NCBI RefSeq assembly: GCF_037042905.1
Contig: NC_087245.1
Location: forward strand, 21,206,001 to 21,266,000
Direction: 5' to 3'
Origin: Lytechinus pictus
Taxonomy: Eukaryota
DNA length: 60,000 nt
Shown: positions 37,028-51,200 of the stretch, in pieces
Layout of the letters: each line of letters starts with the position of its first letter
Numbering within the stretch: position 1 is the first letter of the stretch
The notes under the pieces: generated by a model
The model's database searches: none
Told to the model about the DNA's origin: nothing
What the model saw: only the letters and a program-made list of their open reading frames with translations
Position numbers and translations under genes: made by a program

Positions 37028-40000
37028 GGTGTGCGTATGTGTGAGAATGGTTGAGAGAGTGTGTGAGTGTGCTTCAGAGGATGTGGGTGTGTGACAAGGA
37101 GAGAGAGAAAGAGGAGGTGGAGAAGGACAGGAAGCCTAACGATATAAAGTGAGGTAGCTGCACATTAGTATTACGGTCTCAAAAACCAAAATAATCTTAA
37201 AAGAATCTGCTTTGGGGGAAAACCAGCGTTAAACATTATGACCATGTTAAGGTACTATCATCATCTATCACAGCTTCTCTTCGCCTCCTCATTTTTGTGG
37301 TTAAAACGGATTTAAATCCTTTGTCGCAATAATGCGTTTGTTTCCCCAAATAAAACAATATCATCCAAAAACAAATATCAGGTAGCGCAAAGACACCGGT
37401 TTGTGCATGGAGATGTTGTTTGCCAGGATTGCGCAGTCGTAGCCTTGACGTCATACGAAGAGGTTAACAGAGTTTTCAGCAGGAGTTGAAGCAACCATTT
37501 AAGTCAGACGGTCTGAATTCCATACTCTTGAAAACAGCAGAGCAGTTCATGAAAACCAAGACAATTGGCGTTATATATTACATCATATATATTAAACTAT
37601 ATATTAAATCATTTAGTACTAAGTAACAAAGCGCATATGGGTGATATCAAATGACATGTCCAACATCTAAAGTGTAAGTATTAACATGACCTTAGCTTGG
37701 CGGTCAACACAAAATATTATGGGACTCAATAACTTTCCATATAAAACATCAGGATTGTCAGAGAAGTTATATGTCCCAATCGTTTCTTGGCAATCTTTGC
37801 ACCATAATGATTTTTGCACCTTTATTCTAAGATTACACACTGAAGTTTGCACTCCTTTTTACGAAGCATTGACTTTCTTTCATCTCACAACATTATGTTT
37901 ATGTTGGGAAGCCTTAATTAGATTCACCCTCGTAGCATGAAAGGTATTTAGAGCACGATTCCAGACTTTTCACACGCATTGCTTCCTCCCCGGGTGTGCT
38001 AACTCATAAAGAAAAATTGTTGGCTCCGTCATTATGATCATATCAACTTTTCTACATTCCTTTCCGATATTGGACTGTCTCCGTTCTTCATGCGACCAAT
38101 GGTGTGCATCGCGGCATGGCGGGGGTTCATTAAAAGCCCCTTTTGGGGTGAGAGAGGGGTGGCGGTAAGGGCCGACATGCTATTGTAACAAATATCCAAA
38201 GTTTATAGACTTTATCGGCAGGAGCAATGCACCTGTCTGCCGAAAGAAAAAAGGTTTCCGGATCGCTGTTCTTTTTATTGTACACCTACTGACTTTAAAG
38301 CATCAGGATAAGCTTAAAGACAGAGCCAACTATTTTTCAAAATACACGTGAATGGGATAATTTGCTAAAATTAGACAATTTTCCATAAGAAGAAGTTAGA
38401 GCATAACGAAAATACAATTGTATTGAGAATGCCCGTTCAAATATTTAACAGAAAATTATATCTTAAACGTTAGCAAAATGGTCATATTAATCTGATTCAC
38501 ATGCCAATCGCAATGGAGTGTACCACCATTTTACTGCAAAGACCAGTAAGTACCAACTTACTTACTCGACGACCCTTACATCATGTACATGTAAAAGTTG
38601 GTAGCGTATAGCTGATCTGCAAATGTCAACATAAGCCAAGACAAGACAAAATGTCTTTATTTTGGGAACTTTTGGGGAATTTTTCTTCTTCATTATATTT
38701 TTTATACTTTATGGGCCAATGCGGTTTTAATTGCTTCGAATGCTGAAAAAAAATTCATCATTATATTTATTAAGATGGATTGTTTATAGGTCCTATAGAT
38801 AGAATCGCTGCGCTTTCACTACAGCAGTAACAATATCACTACCAATATTTGCACATACTTATAATCCTACTTGTATGATTGGCCAAAAGTTAAACATGTG
38901 ACATCATATTTTGTCATCACTCATTTCGGGTGAGAATTGAAATACACTCGATCATTCATTAGTGGAAGTCCATTTATACGCGGCTCTCGTATCTGCATAA
39001 CACAGGAACAGGGGCGTGATGAATTTGAGTAAGCGCCAAATGAAAGTGCGTTACATTTTATGGAATAGATAACGAGCGGCCAATGAGTATCTTGTGGCGC
39101 ATAAAACTACAAATGGTTCTTTATATATATATGTTTTTTTGTCCTTCCCTATATAGCAAACCAATATGCCACAAATAATTAATATTGTTTTAATCCGTGA
39201 CCATCCCTAAATGATAATGATCTTAAACCATGGAATGTAGATCACGTACCGGTCCAGAAAAAAATAATTCCTTTGGTTCCTGCTGATGAAACAAACATGT
39301 CCAATCCTTGTCTGTATAGGTATCTTGATTTTTATAACCTTGAAATATATAATACTACTATCTACTTCCAATTTTCGTAACATAAAGCAAAGTACATCAG
39401 ACATGCCTAAAAAGGGCTAGATAACACATGCAACATTTCATGAATTGAGAATAACACCTTTTCTGCAACATTGTTCTTGGCAGACTGGAAAAAAGAAAGA
39501 AATTGCATGTTTTGACAGTGAGCTTTCCAAAATAAAGAATGAAGAACTATTGAACAGTGAGTCATTCGCTAAAGAATATCAAGGTCATGCTTGGATTATC
39601 ATACACAAATATATTTTAATCCAATGATGGTATTAAAGTACTCAATCCTTTGAAGCAAGGCAACCATCCTTGTGGTGAAATGAACAGCTTTTTCAGCAAA
39701 TAAGGTGTGAAATATTTCGTTTATTTAATACAAAAATGAGGTTAAATGTATACTTGTTCTATATTGTTGCATGATATATCTCTATTTCAGTGTTTAATCA
39801 TTCAATTTGTCATATTCGTTCAATTCATGATTGCTGTTCTTGTAAACATCTAACAACAAATATAATAAACTGAATTAAAAGCATAGTACTAGAAAGTGGA
39901 ATTGCATCTATACATCATCACACATTTTCTTTATTTGAGTGATAATGACCACAAATCTCAGTCATCTGATTGCTGTTATTACTTGCAATATTTTTCATTT

Positions 40001-40143
40001 ATTTTCTTTTTACACCAAACGAAAGTCGATTTCTTTGGGAGCCAGTAAGGTATTATTTCTGGCGGAAGAGTCCAGAATATGACTGATCAGACTACAAGAA
40101 AAAAGTGTATATGTAGGTTTTTCTTGAAATGGATACAAAATAC

Positions 40144-40146
<3 letters not shown>

Positions 40147-40181
<35 letters not shown>
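40147..40181. repeat. (AT)n microsatellite
   Basis: About 17 AT units. Confidence 0.95.
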
Positions 40182-40185
<4 letters not shown>

Positions 40186-42919
40186 AATATCACCACAACT
40201 CTATTGTCCTTATCGTTTGAGGCTTTATCGATGGCAAATTCCAGTAATGTAACTTCCTTAAACACATTTGCTTGTGTTTGCACGTATCAGTGGTTTGCGG
40301 GTTTTTTGATAGCTCACCACATCTACATGCGGTTGCGAGATACGTAATCATAGTACTAAATATTCAATCGATATCTCTTACTTTATGCATATTTTCTTTA
40401 ATTGCTCTTTCACAAGAGTAATATGGGAATAATATATAATATATGTATATGTATCTATTTACAACTTTGCACAGTATGTTCCTTGAAAACTATTTTCAAT
40501 TCCATCATCTAAAACAATTTTTAAGCTAACTTGGCGTATAATTTCTGAAGCTCTATAGATTACAATCTTCGTTGACATTGATAACCAAGTGCAGTTTTAT
40601 AAGAACCTGTATGGGAGGACCATTATTGTACAATACACATGCTTCGCTCCTCTGCGATAAGACCTCATCATCTGACTTACTCAGTAGTCATTCCCAAACA
40701 GAACTCCAAAGCAAACATTATCACCTAGTTGTTTGGTTTATTCACCAAGAAAGTTTACCTCAAACGGTATAAATCTCTGGGCTGTTCCCTTGAAAAGAAC
40801 CGCTACGTTTACAGAGAGTAACCCAATAGCTGTTTTATTCCTTAGATGCTTTATAGAGAGAAAATCATATTTGCTTAGAGATTTACCCCATTTCGCGAAG
40901 CAAATCTATGGAGCTAAACAGAGAGGTGACGATGCGAGAATGTTAAAACGTCATAGAATGTTTGTGAAGATAAGGAGTATGTGATTTGTATCCAGTAGCA
41001 AACTACTTATATTCCCCGAAATTTTGCATCATTAACGACATTATGACCTCTTCCAAATAATCTAAAAATTTTTTTTTACATTTTTCTTAGCATGCTGAGT
41101 GTTACTGGTTAATAGAAATGTGAAATCAAATTAGAAAGTGAACAATGGTATTCTTTATCCTATTTATATTGATAAAACGCATTTTCTTCATTTGCTTCTC
41201 ATGAGTGAACTATCACTACAGCATATACATTGCAAAGATTTTACAAATTGAATAAGAATTGCCTTTTGATTTAATCCCACAAAAAAGCAATACGTGAATA
41301 GGAAACCCCTTCCCACGAGTTTCTCAATAACTTTTCCTTTGGTTATCGCTCATCGATACCAGTCCCTACCCCCTTCCCATCCCTTCCTAAAAGCCTGACG
41401 AAATATTAGGAAGTTGCCCTGGATAATCTCTCACACGACAGCGATGTAGTGAATGCGACAAATCGGCTTAGCAAAGACAGGTTCTAAAAAGAGCAAACGC
41501 GGGACCTGTTGTACTCTTAAGCTATTAAAGAACTTTCTTTATTTAATCCGGCCATATATTTCGGCAGCACATTTTACTAACGGTGAACAGTAATTTGGTC
41601 ATCAGGGGAGAGCTCCGTAAAAACGTGTCGCTTTTATCAATGGGGAGGTAGCTTTAAGTACCTTTATCTTGTTGATGAACATTAATACATATTACTTTTG
41701 CCCTCATGTGACATCAAAGGTGTCAAGTTTCTTAACAACAACTTAAGATAGGATGGTGATGTTTGATTATGTTTAGTTTAATAAAAAAATATTAATGATA
41801 TTTGGTAAAATAGAAGCGCGAATGAGCAATGCCGTGTTTCAAATACATTCACTCCATGCGCTTCTCTCCATTAATGCAGGGAATGGCGTGTACAAACACA
41901 TGGGTCAGGAACGGCATACCACCCCCATTTGCTGTCTCTTGATCGTTTGAACCCGTTGAAAGGTCTTATTACACGAGTCCATTAATCAACAAATTTTGAA
42001 ACTTAAGAAATAAGAACAGTAATATTAAAATGCGATTACATCGTGAGAAAACTGATGTCTGTATTCCTTATCGACTGAAGTTGGGCTTGGTCCATTTAGC
42101 TTAATCTGTCTGCACATGGTGTATTCATATGCTCGAATATAATTCTACGAAGATGAATAGACTGGACACATAGACGCTTATAAATATATTATCCTATATA
42201 TCGATTACGATCTCCAATGCACACTATAATTGGCCAGGAAGCAAAACATGATTGATTATAAAAATTCAGAAACCCAAATCATCAGGAACAAATACTATAA
42301 TGATCTGTATATATTGCTTAAAATAGCCATTATTGTCCAACAAGCATTCAAGGACTATCATCTTGTCAATCGAAGCCTGAAGATGAACAGTATTTGTCGA
42401 CAGGGGGTAATGCTCTGTCAAGTAAAACAAAAGTTTTTCATCTCTTGTTTGTTCTTTTTCCGCACCCTTCTTCAAAACAACCATTGTCCTCATTACAACT
42501 TCCATGAAACTCCTGACTATTATGGAAATGTCATGGAATTTGACACGTAAAATCCGCATTACACCTCAGACCTGTGAACATATCTAACCCATAGTCATCC
42601 TTTTATCGTATTATTGATTAGGAGTATTGGGAAAAGAGGGATTTTAAACGCCTGGTAACCCAGAAGAACTGGACTGAACCCTTCTATATTGATCCGTACA
42701 CGCTTCATGATTTATAGGGAGACACAGACAACATACTATAATAATACATGGTGTGATTATTAGCCCTATTGTATTTATTGAAAAATCGTTTGGTGTAAAA
42801 AGCCCTTGGAAGACTATCCACTGTGTCGGGATCGGTCGTTCCTTAGAGTCTTACGTATTGTAATACTCTTTCTGTCTCGAAAATGCAAATATGAAATCAA
42901 GTTGGAAGGTGAAGTATAT

Positions 42920-43478
42920 TATATAAATAGTGTACAATCTATTGTAGAATATACTGCATTATACGTACGACAAATATAAAATGATCCCGAGTGGAGGTTT
43001 AGTTCTTCTCGGCCTTCGGCCTTGGTGAAATAAACGTGCACGAGGGATACTTTTATATTTGATGTTCATATAGCGGCAGTAATATTGTATAATAGAACGT
43101 CCCGTAGAACAATCACTATTTATTACAGTAAATTTTACAACGCCTTCTTAGCTTGTTGTACGCGAGCAATGGGAGGCACACGTACCATCCAAAATGTATC
43201 GTCCATAATGTCAAGTTGCACAAGTCAGGAAAAGGTGACGTCAATATAAACAAATTAAGATTCAACGCATTGCATGCGCTTAGTAAGATGCGCAGGACTG
43301 ACTGGCTAAAAGCGCATTGCCATTAATCGATATTCTCCCATAACACGGGTTTTACCCTCCAAAAGTCAAAGTTATATTGTATATAATTTATGTAAAATAT
43401 AACTTTTTGAAGGGAGGTCACATGGTACCAATCTAGCCAATCACAGCTCGTATTTTACTACCACTATTTACTATAAAT
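42920..43478. mobile_element. Hairpin-headed non-autonomous element, possibly Crypton-like
   Basis: Imperfect ~200-nt fold-back ATAAATAGTG..CAAATATAAAA..ATCCC / GGGATAC.TTTTATATTTG..CACTATTTAT around a GGCCTTCGGCC apex; a second CACTATTT-type end at ~43462-43478. Family assignment is recalled, not verified. Confidence 0.5.
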
Positions 43479-45587
43479 AAATATACAATAATACCATGCA
43501 ATACGTGCATTACCAATGTGATGAGACACCAAAGGGTGACAAGGAAGTCTTTTTTCATCAGAAGTGTAAAACACTTATTCTACAAGTTTGGGTTTTTTTA
43601 ACATGGAGAGCCTGGTGCAACGGGAAACCCTTGAAGAACTGTAATTGCAAGGTTCACTTTGCTTCTTTTGTTTGAAATATTACGTATAGATCTATAGATG
43701 TACATTGAAAACCCTACCCCAAAATACAACAAATTATCATACAGGACTCATATAAATCTCAACAAATAGGCAAGACAACACGAAATCTGCCCCTGATAGA
43801 CCAAAAGGTTGAATAAGTATTCCTTAAGATGAAACACACCGGAAGAAGTCGAACATCTAGGAATAATTAGTGCCAAATCCATTCATAATCACTATTTATT
43901 TTACAAGTCAAGTCTACCACAGTAGATGGGCTTAGATATTGCAAAGACTCCCACTAAGTTTTCTTGATTTGCGTAAAGGAATTAACCTTTGGAACGGGAA
44001 AATCCTTCCATTGTGCCATTGTGACAGAGAAAGGAGTCGTTGAGATCTGGCAGAGTTTTATTTCTCCTCCGATCGATGAAATCAACAGTTTGGAGGACCT
44101 CATTAAGTGGGGTGTGATATCATACTGTGAAGCGGATCTCTCACATCGATCTATACAGTTCTGAAGCTAGTAAATATTCTGGGAGACCAGTCTACATGTA
44201 TGTAAACCCAAGTGTCATTCAAAGCATTCTAGGTTCGCATTGGACGCCAAAAGTCCCACTGGCACTTGACACAGTTCCGTTATGACACTGAAATCAATTC
44301 ACGAATGATTTTTCGTGGGTATACATTAAGTGAAAATTGACATTAACTGATTAATGCAAAGTTTAGGTTATGAAGAAACCTGTCACTGTGCATATACATA
44401 CACCAAAAAGTAATAGATACATTACTATATTGGGGAATATTGAAAAAAAAAAGGGAATCCATATCTAAAGTTCATGTACTTACCTGCATGTACACAATCA
44501 AAGAGGCGCGATCGCAAGGAGATGGAAAAGCCAATGAACAGGAAGTTCAGATGATGACATGAAAATAAAACAAAGTGAACAATTTGTTAGAGAATAACAG
44601 TGAAATAAATCTTTGGATTACTTTATTACATATCGAATGAAAAGGGATAAAAACTTCTCTAAGACATTCAGTTAAATTGTGTTGCATGTTCATTATGTTT
44701 AAACAATTATCAAGGATGTATTTCTTTTTATATGAAAACTTAAAATGTTTTGTTGATTGTACTATAATATATGTTTTTTAAGAGAAATAAAACATTACTT
44801 TAAAATATAAAAAATAAAGAGGGAGGTTCAAATAAGAACGTAATGCGGTTAGAGGATGTTCATGATCTTGACGCCATTTAAATGTAATGAAATCATGTCA
44901 TAGAAAATGAGTCATTAAAATAGGACAGAAGGAATGACATGTTATAAGAATGTATGGTAAAAGATTGGTTCTTCTTAAAAATAAAGCAATAATAAATATT
45001 ATAAACCATCGATTCAGCATTATTTTATCCCACTCAGGTCTATAAACCCATATTCGGTAGACTTGTTGCCCTTTCCATAATGTAATTGTAGAAAACTTGT
45101 TTCTGTATGCAACTCAACGTGTGATCAATTTGTCTCCACAGGCGCTTTATTTTCATTTTCCATCAGGTCCACTTTTCCAGTTATCTTAGAAAAACAGCGG
45201 TAATTTGGAGAAGTCGGAAAAATATCCATTCTTTTCAACGCAGCCAGAGAGGTTAGCATGTTAATAGTAATTAAGGATGTCAGAATTGTTTTTTTGGTAA
45301 ACATTGTGGTATGAGGACCATTCCAGGGTTCATACTGCATGTACTGATATATATCTGCAAATGACGAACGTCTTGGTTGTTTAAAATACATGCACATAAA
45401 ATATGACTATTAAGCTTTTATATTTTTATGTAAACACTGATGTTTATGGTTCAACGTCTGATAAATGTTATGCGTTTTACTATACACACGTGTTTTTTTT
45501 AATGCAATGACATAACAAAACATGTAAAAGGAAGGATAACAATATACTGGTAAATAAAGATAATAGCAAAACAACCACATCAGAAAC

Positions 45588-45648
45588 ACTACTACTGCTA
45601 CTACAACTACTATTACTACTACCAACACCACCACCACTACTTCTACTT

Positions 45649-45696
<48 letters not shown>

Positions 45697-45736
45697 TTAC
45701 TACTACTACTAAAACTTCTACCGCTACTACTACTAC
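45588..45736. repeat. (CTA)n compound microsatellite, followed by an (ATC/ATT)n tract to ~45830
   Basis: Long CTA run with CCA/CTT variants. Confidence 0.93.
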
Positions 45737-48090
45737 TGCAACAACTGCTCATGGAAATGACAAGTTAATAACATAATCATTATCGATATCATTATTATTG
45801 CTATTATTATCATCATTATCATCATCATTTTATTTGGAAGATATTGTAAAGATGAATAAAAAAAATTGGTGAAAGTACAAAATAAATCTGCCAAGTGGTT
45901 AATATTGTGATGTTCAGATAGCATTCTATAATAAAGTCAAAGTATATTTCATGATCCTCCTGTAAATTATCATCAACTTAGATTGCGATCATCTGATAAG
46001 ACAGTGATTAAATTGCCCAGGCTTAAAATGTCCACTTTAAGATAGATGGATGATTACATGTCTCTGCTATTGTTCATGTATCATTTGATTGTCAACAAAT
46101 ATACATAGTCGCCAATTTCTGAGAAAGCTTCCCTATGTTTAGAAAAATCTATCATGAACATTTCACAGACGCTTGCTTGAGAACCAATCGTGAATTGCGA
46201 ACTCTGTGTGGTTATTTGTAGAAATCTTACAAAACGTATTATTGAGGACAATAGCTATCTTAAGAACACAAATCAGTAGACTTTTCGAACAACATCGAAC
46301 ATGGTGGAAGATGCGAAGAAACATCAACAGCAATACTTAGTTTTAGCTTGTATTTCTCTTTGGAAAGATTCACTGAAAATTACAGCACAAATATGCACCA
46401 AATGTCAAATAATAATTCTTTGATTGCCAACATATTAATGGTGTTCCAAGTAATTATCAGTGATTTTGTTGATAAAGCAAATAATGTTTGGAAATGGAAA
46501 CCATGTCGGCAGACGGATGACACTATCCTTGCGAATAGGGTTACTTCGTGAACTTGGCTTCATAATCTCTAGAATATTAGGCTACCGAGAAGATTTTGTT
46601 TCTGTATTTCGATGTTAAAATCGCGTGCTTCTTCGACCGATTGGCAAAGACCACCCGAGGTTTTCTGCTGATTGACTGGACTATTCTGTTTGGATTACGA
46701 TTCGATATAATAAGCTCAACCCACTCCGATGAGATTTTTCTCAAGCATACGATACACTCTTAAAAGTAATACTAAGCACTCAACACAAGAATGATCAAGA
46801 GATTTATCCTCGAGCATTCTACACAGGAGATGGTATTTGCGTATTCCCTACAAGGACCATATCGTATACATTGCAAAACGATTTGTACTTTTGCCACTTC
46901 CACGAGATCGAGCCAAACATAAAACCTAATTCTGAACCTATCACAACGCTAATTCTTTCCCAGTGAATTTAAGACAGATGTCACTGTCGCAAGAGCAAAT
47001 ATCAGGGATAAAGTTCAGCAATCCATAAAATCAACAGCAAAGACGTGCAAAGAGAAGACTTGAATTTCAAAATATTGTAGAAAAGCAAAGAAAAGAAGAA
47101 AGTATGACCCCATTCCCAAGTCTTCCACCTGTCCCATGTAATTTCTTATTTTCTTAAATACATGTACAGTATATAATAAGTATGTTTTGACTCAATTGTA
47201 TCGCATCATCCTTATCCACCTTGAGTTTATTAATCAATCACGCAATATCACTTTCATCCGGGTCCTCTAATCTCAACGTATATAGGATAGACCTACCTGA
47301 GCTTCAAACTACGGTCTTTCTCATTTATTTTATGGGTTATGGTACAAAACCAATTGGGAGGCATATTCATTATGGATTATTCTACGCAACTTCGATCACA
47401 ATTTGTATGTCATCCCATGATCCCAATCTGACCAGCTACAATTTATCACAAAATCGAATTTGTGGGATTAGAGATCTATTGCCAAGGATTCAATTAAGTC
47501 CTCTTCACTAACTCTGATTGACGAATAAACAATTATAGACTAGTTCGTATTTTCTTGGCAGTTAAAGGTCTGACAGTTTCATTTGAAGTAACGAATTTCG
47601 CCAATTATTCTTTTACAGAACAGGGTCCAAAAAGTGAACAGAAATGAATCATTCTTCCTTCTGAGCTGATCGGGTTAGCATCGTAATTAAACCACTCCTC
47701 CTGATACAGTGATACTTATTGGATTACAGTCAAACCTTGCTAAATTGCTACCCTGATGTTTCTTATTTCTTTGTATGGACAGGTCTTCGGTTACTTTCTT
47801 CAGAAAGTTAGTTGCAGTATAACCAAAGTAAAAATAAGCATTCCAAAACAAATCAAATGTACCGTTATCAATTGATCTAAACTAGTTTCTCGTTTTTGAA
47901 TGTTATCACATGCAATTAAATGCAGCTACATCAAATTGTTACGATGTCATATATTGACTTTACCATGTTTTATAAGTTTATGAGGTTGGTCAAAACTGAA
48001 ATAAGAAAAAAAATGGGCCAGATTTTCAAAGGATTTTACTTTGCCATCATGGTAACTAGATGCAAACTTACAAAGATAAAACATGTGAAC

Positions 48091-48230
48091 TTATGAAAAA
48101 TAGAATATGGACTATATATTTCGATAAGAAAATATCATCTACATTTAGTGAAATAAAGGGTCTTTATGAAAAATAGAATATGGACTAAGTATTTCTATAA
48201 TAAAATATCATCTACGTTTAATGAAAAACA
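48091..48230 (+). repeat. Tandem duplication, period ~73 bp
   Basis: TTATGAAAAATAGAATATGGACTA...AAAATATCATCTAC.TTTA.TGAAA at 48091 and 48164. Confidence 0.85.
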
Positions 48231-51200
48231 GAAGGGGCTATTCGGGACAAGTTGAACGCCCTTTCAATTTTGATAATGATAATTTGCCAAAATCAGAAAC
48301 CAAAAAGAATATCTTGAAATAATATAAAATTGATCAACTTTTAGATCAATGGAGGTATAAGCAAGAGAAGATAGGGAGAGTGACAGAAAGAGAGAGGGGG
48401 AAAGAAATTAAATTTAACTTGGTAATTTTAGCCCAATCAACCACATTATAGAGGCGGTAGCGTTTCCTCCTCAGACAACAAATTCAGGACTGGCGACTTT
48501 TGAAAGGGAGCATTTATTTGATTTCAATCGTTTCACAACAATTCAAGTAATTGCGGATCAATCTAATTAGGCTATGAGGTGATTCCTATTTACATTATAT
48601 GGATTCTTCTCTGAAAATCTAAAGCGTTTCTACAAAGATGGACAAATTTACTCAAGTTCCCCGATAAAAAAAATCATATGGCTTTTTTTAAAGGATGTTA
48701 TGAAGCATATCATATAAATTTTTAGGTTATAATATCTGATTTAAAAATCACAGTTTTTATCCATAATTGCCCCTTGAACTCTAAACTTCTAAATTTGTAT
48801 CTTCTTTATCTTTTTGTCTTCGGATCAATTACAGGCAAATTAGTGGTATCTGGGCATTTCCTTTGCAGATTGAATACGATCATGGTGATTTTGTTTTCGT
48901 GGGTCTAAAAAGCAATTTACTGAGGGGGGGGGGGGGTCAAACTTATGAAGGGGTCGAACTTGAGCAAGGGCAATGTCTGAGTCCTTTTTATTCCAACGCG
49001 AGTCAGGAGTCACGTGTTAATAACCAATTACGATCCTAGATGAAGTCAGGTCCCATGTGTACAAGCTTTGAGTCATCATGATGTATTATATACGTTTAAT
49101 TCCCACGTGTTTGAGCAAACTTGACTTTAGATTTTTTTTCAGTTTACACCTCTTAAGTTATACAGAGTGGGTCAGGAAAAAATGAAGCCTACGCACATCA
49201 ACCGAGTATTAGATTCATTCGTAATTTCGTAGGTTGGAATTCAATTTTTAAGGCTGCAATTGGATATCAATCCAAAATAAGATTCAGAAGAGACTAAGGA
49301 CTTTTTACATCGATTAGATTGAGATTCTTAATAAAATTTTGGAACCCGTCTCTCATTACAGTTTAAAGCATCGAAACTATATACATCTAATGGAATGACT
49401 TTCAGACAATGCTCTGACTCAATAGTTATTTATCAAGCTCAGCAAGCCATTGTTATTTATTCAAATTCTGATACAAGGAATTTTTTTAATATATAAGTAA
49501 ACCTAAAATACGATATATTTCATGGTAAAGTCATTATTTGGGAAAAGAAAAGACACTTCAGCTCACACGATATTTTTCAACATGTTAAATAGTCTTAATA
49601 CTATCAATTTGAATGAATACACCGAAGACAAGTGATATTAGGCCTATTTATAGATTTCCCTCTCAACTAGATCCAATCACTAAAGTTGGAAATGATATGG
49701 ACTGTTCTTCTGTGATCAATAGACTTTGTGCACACGCTATTTATCAGGCCTACATATTCCAAACAACAGCAAGTGTTCATGCATAGCATGCATACAGAAT
49801 ATTCTTTTTTTGTGAGACACCATGTAATGAACAAATGTTTGCAAGAATTTGAGTGGCCTCGATTGCTTACGCTTGACTTTGGTGCTTGATCTTATTAACG
49901 GTTCGATTTAGGGCTATAGACATGGATACATTCAGGTCAATATTTGTTCGCTTATTCATCGAAAACGATGGGGAGACCCAAGCGCCAAACTCTATCTGCA
50001 AAGGTTGACATTTAGAATAATGTAAAAAAGAGATCAAAGGAATCGTCTGATTACAGAATATGGGAAAATAGATTCAAATTGTCTGACGAGTGTTGGGGAC
50101 TCAAACATAGGCGAGTTCACGGACAAGTTGCATGCACTTTTCTGATGCCGCTTCGCAAGCGGCGCCCAAACCCAGTTACATTGCCGGAATGATTCCATTC
50201 CATACCGAGCAAGAATCAACAGATTCTCACTCATGTGGATGTAATGAAATGTCAATTCATGCTTCCAACATCGATTGGGGCTGATTTTGTTTCAATGAAA
50301 CGAGGGTTTCGTCTGACAAGTCGGTCGTCTTTCGTAACAATGCAATGTGTATGACAAGGTAGTTTCATGTTTTGTGGGTCGTCGTGGTTATTTCTCTCTA
50401 TTAGCCGACTTGCTTTTATAAAGTCCAGTGACTGATTAATATGTCTCCGTACAGACAGCTGTGACTGAGGACTTACATTCGTTGACTATATAGCAAGTAC
50501 ATGGGCATTAATATGGTGTGACCTTTCGCTTGATGTTATTAAAATGTTGAGGGACGCCGATATCACCATCGGCGTAGTTGTAGGGGGACATCTAGCGCCC
50601 CTCTCCCAAAATAATGAACATTTAAACAACAAATCTTAATAGGTTGAAAACACATGAAACGACTTTTATCTCTGGTAATGTATGCTATAAAAAAGAAAAC
50701 CGTACAAAAAGTGTGAGAGTTGTAAATAAAATTGTTTGGGAAATATTACACAACGTCGAATCCCCCTGGCATAGATTATTTTTATTCAAATGAAATATAT
50801 TTTAAATTATACATTTATGATTGGGTATAATTTTCATTGGGATATCAGTAATATTGATCAGAGAAGTGCTTTGCAGTAATGTATGATATATATAACCCCC
50901 CCCCCCCCTCGTTGGCGGACCTCACCTTCCTTATGTTATAATCAAGAAGCCTTGTTCACGTACTTGGAAGTGATGGCAATGTCTGGTATTGAAAATATTA
51001 AAAGTTGCATTGAGTTCATTTTAGTTAACCAATGACATAAAATCATGCTACTCGAAGTTTTCTTTCACGTTTACCAAAAAAAATAAAATGGGGACTGAGA
51101 AATGAAGGTATATTTCAAGGGCCTCGGAACTGGGGGTGGGGCTGGGTGGGTTGAAAATTGCGCTTTTTGATGCTCTTTATGTTGCAGTGGGTTGCATCTT

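Noticed and set aside
38524..38560. YLLVFAVKW-TG|gtacac as Wnt3 exon 1
   Set aside because: In-frame stop just upstream with no ATG, and a weak donor.
40681..40718. MFALEFCLGMTTE|gtaagt (and MPMYLLYSQRM|gtaagt at ~50477) as phase-2 Wnt3 exon 1
   Set aside because: Phase and donors fit, but the peptides are too short or polar for a signal peptide and lack the expected Trp.
45410..45924. Poly-Ser, poly-Val and Ile/Met-rich ORFs
   Set aside because: Translations of the (CTA)n and (ATC)n microsatellites.
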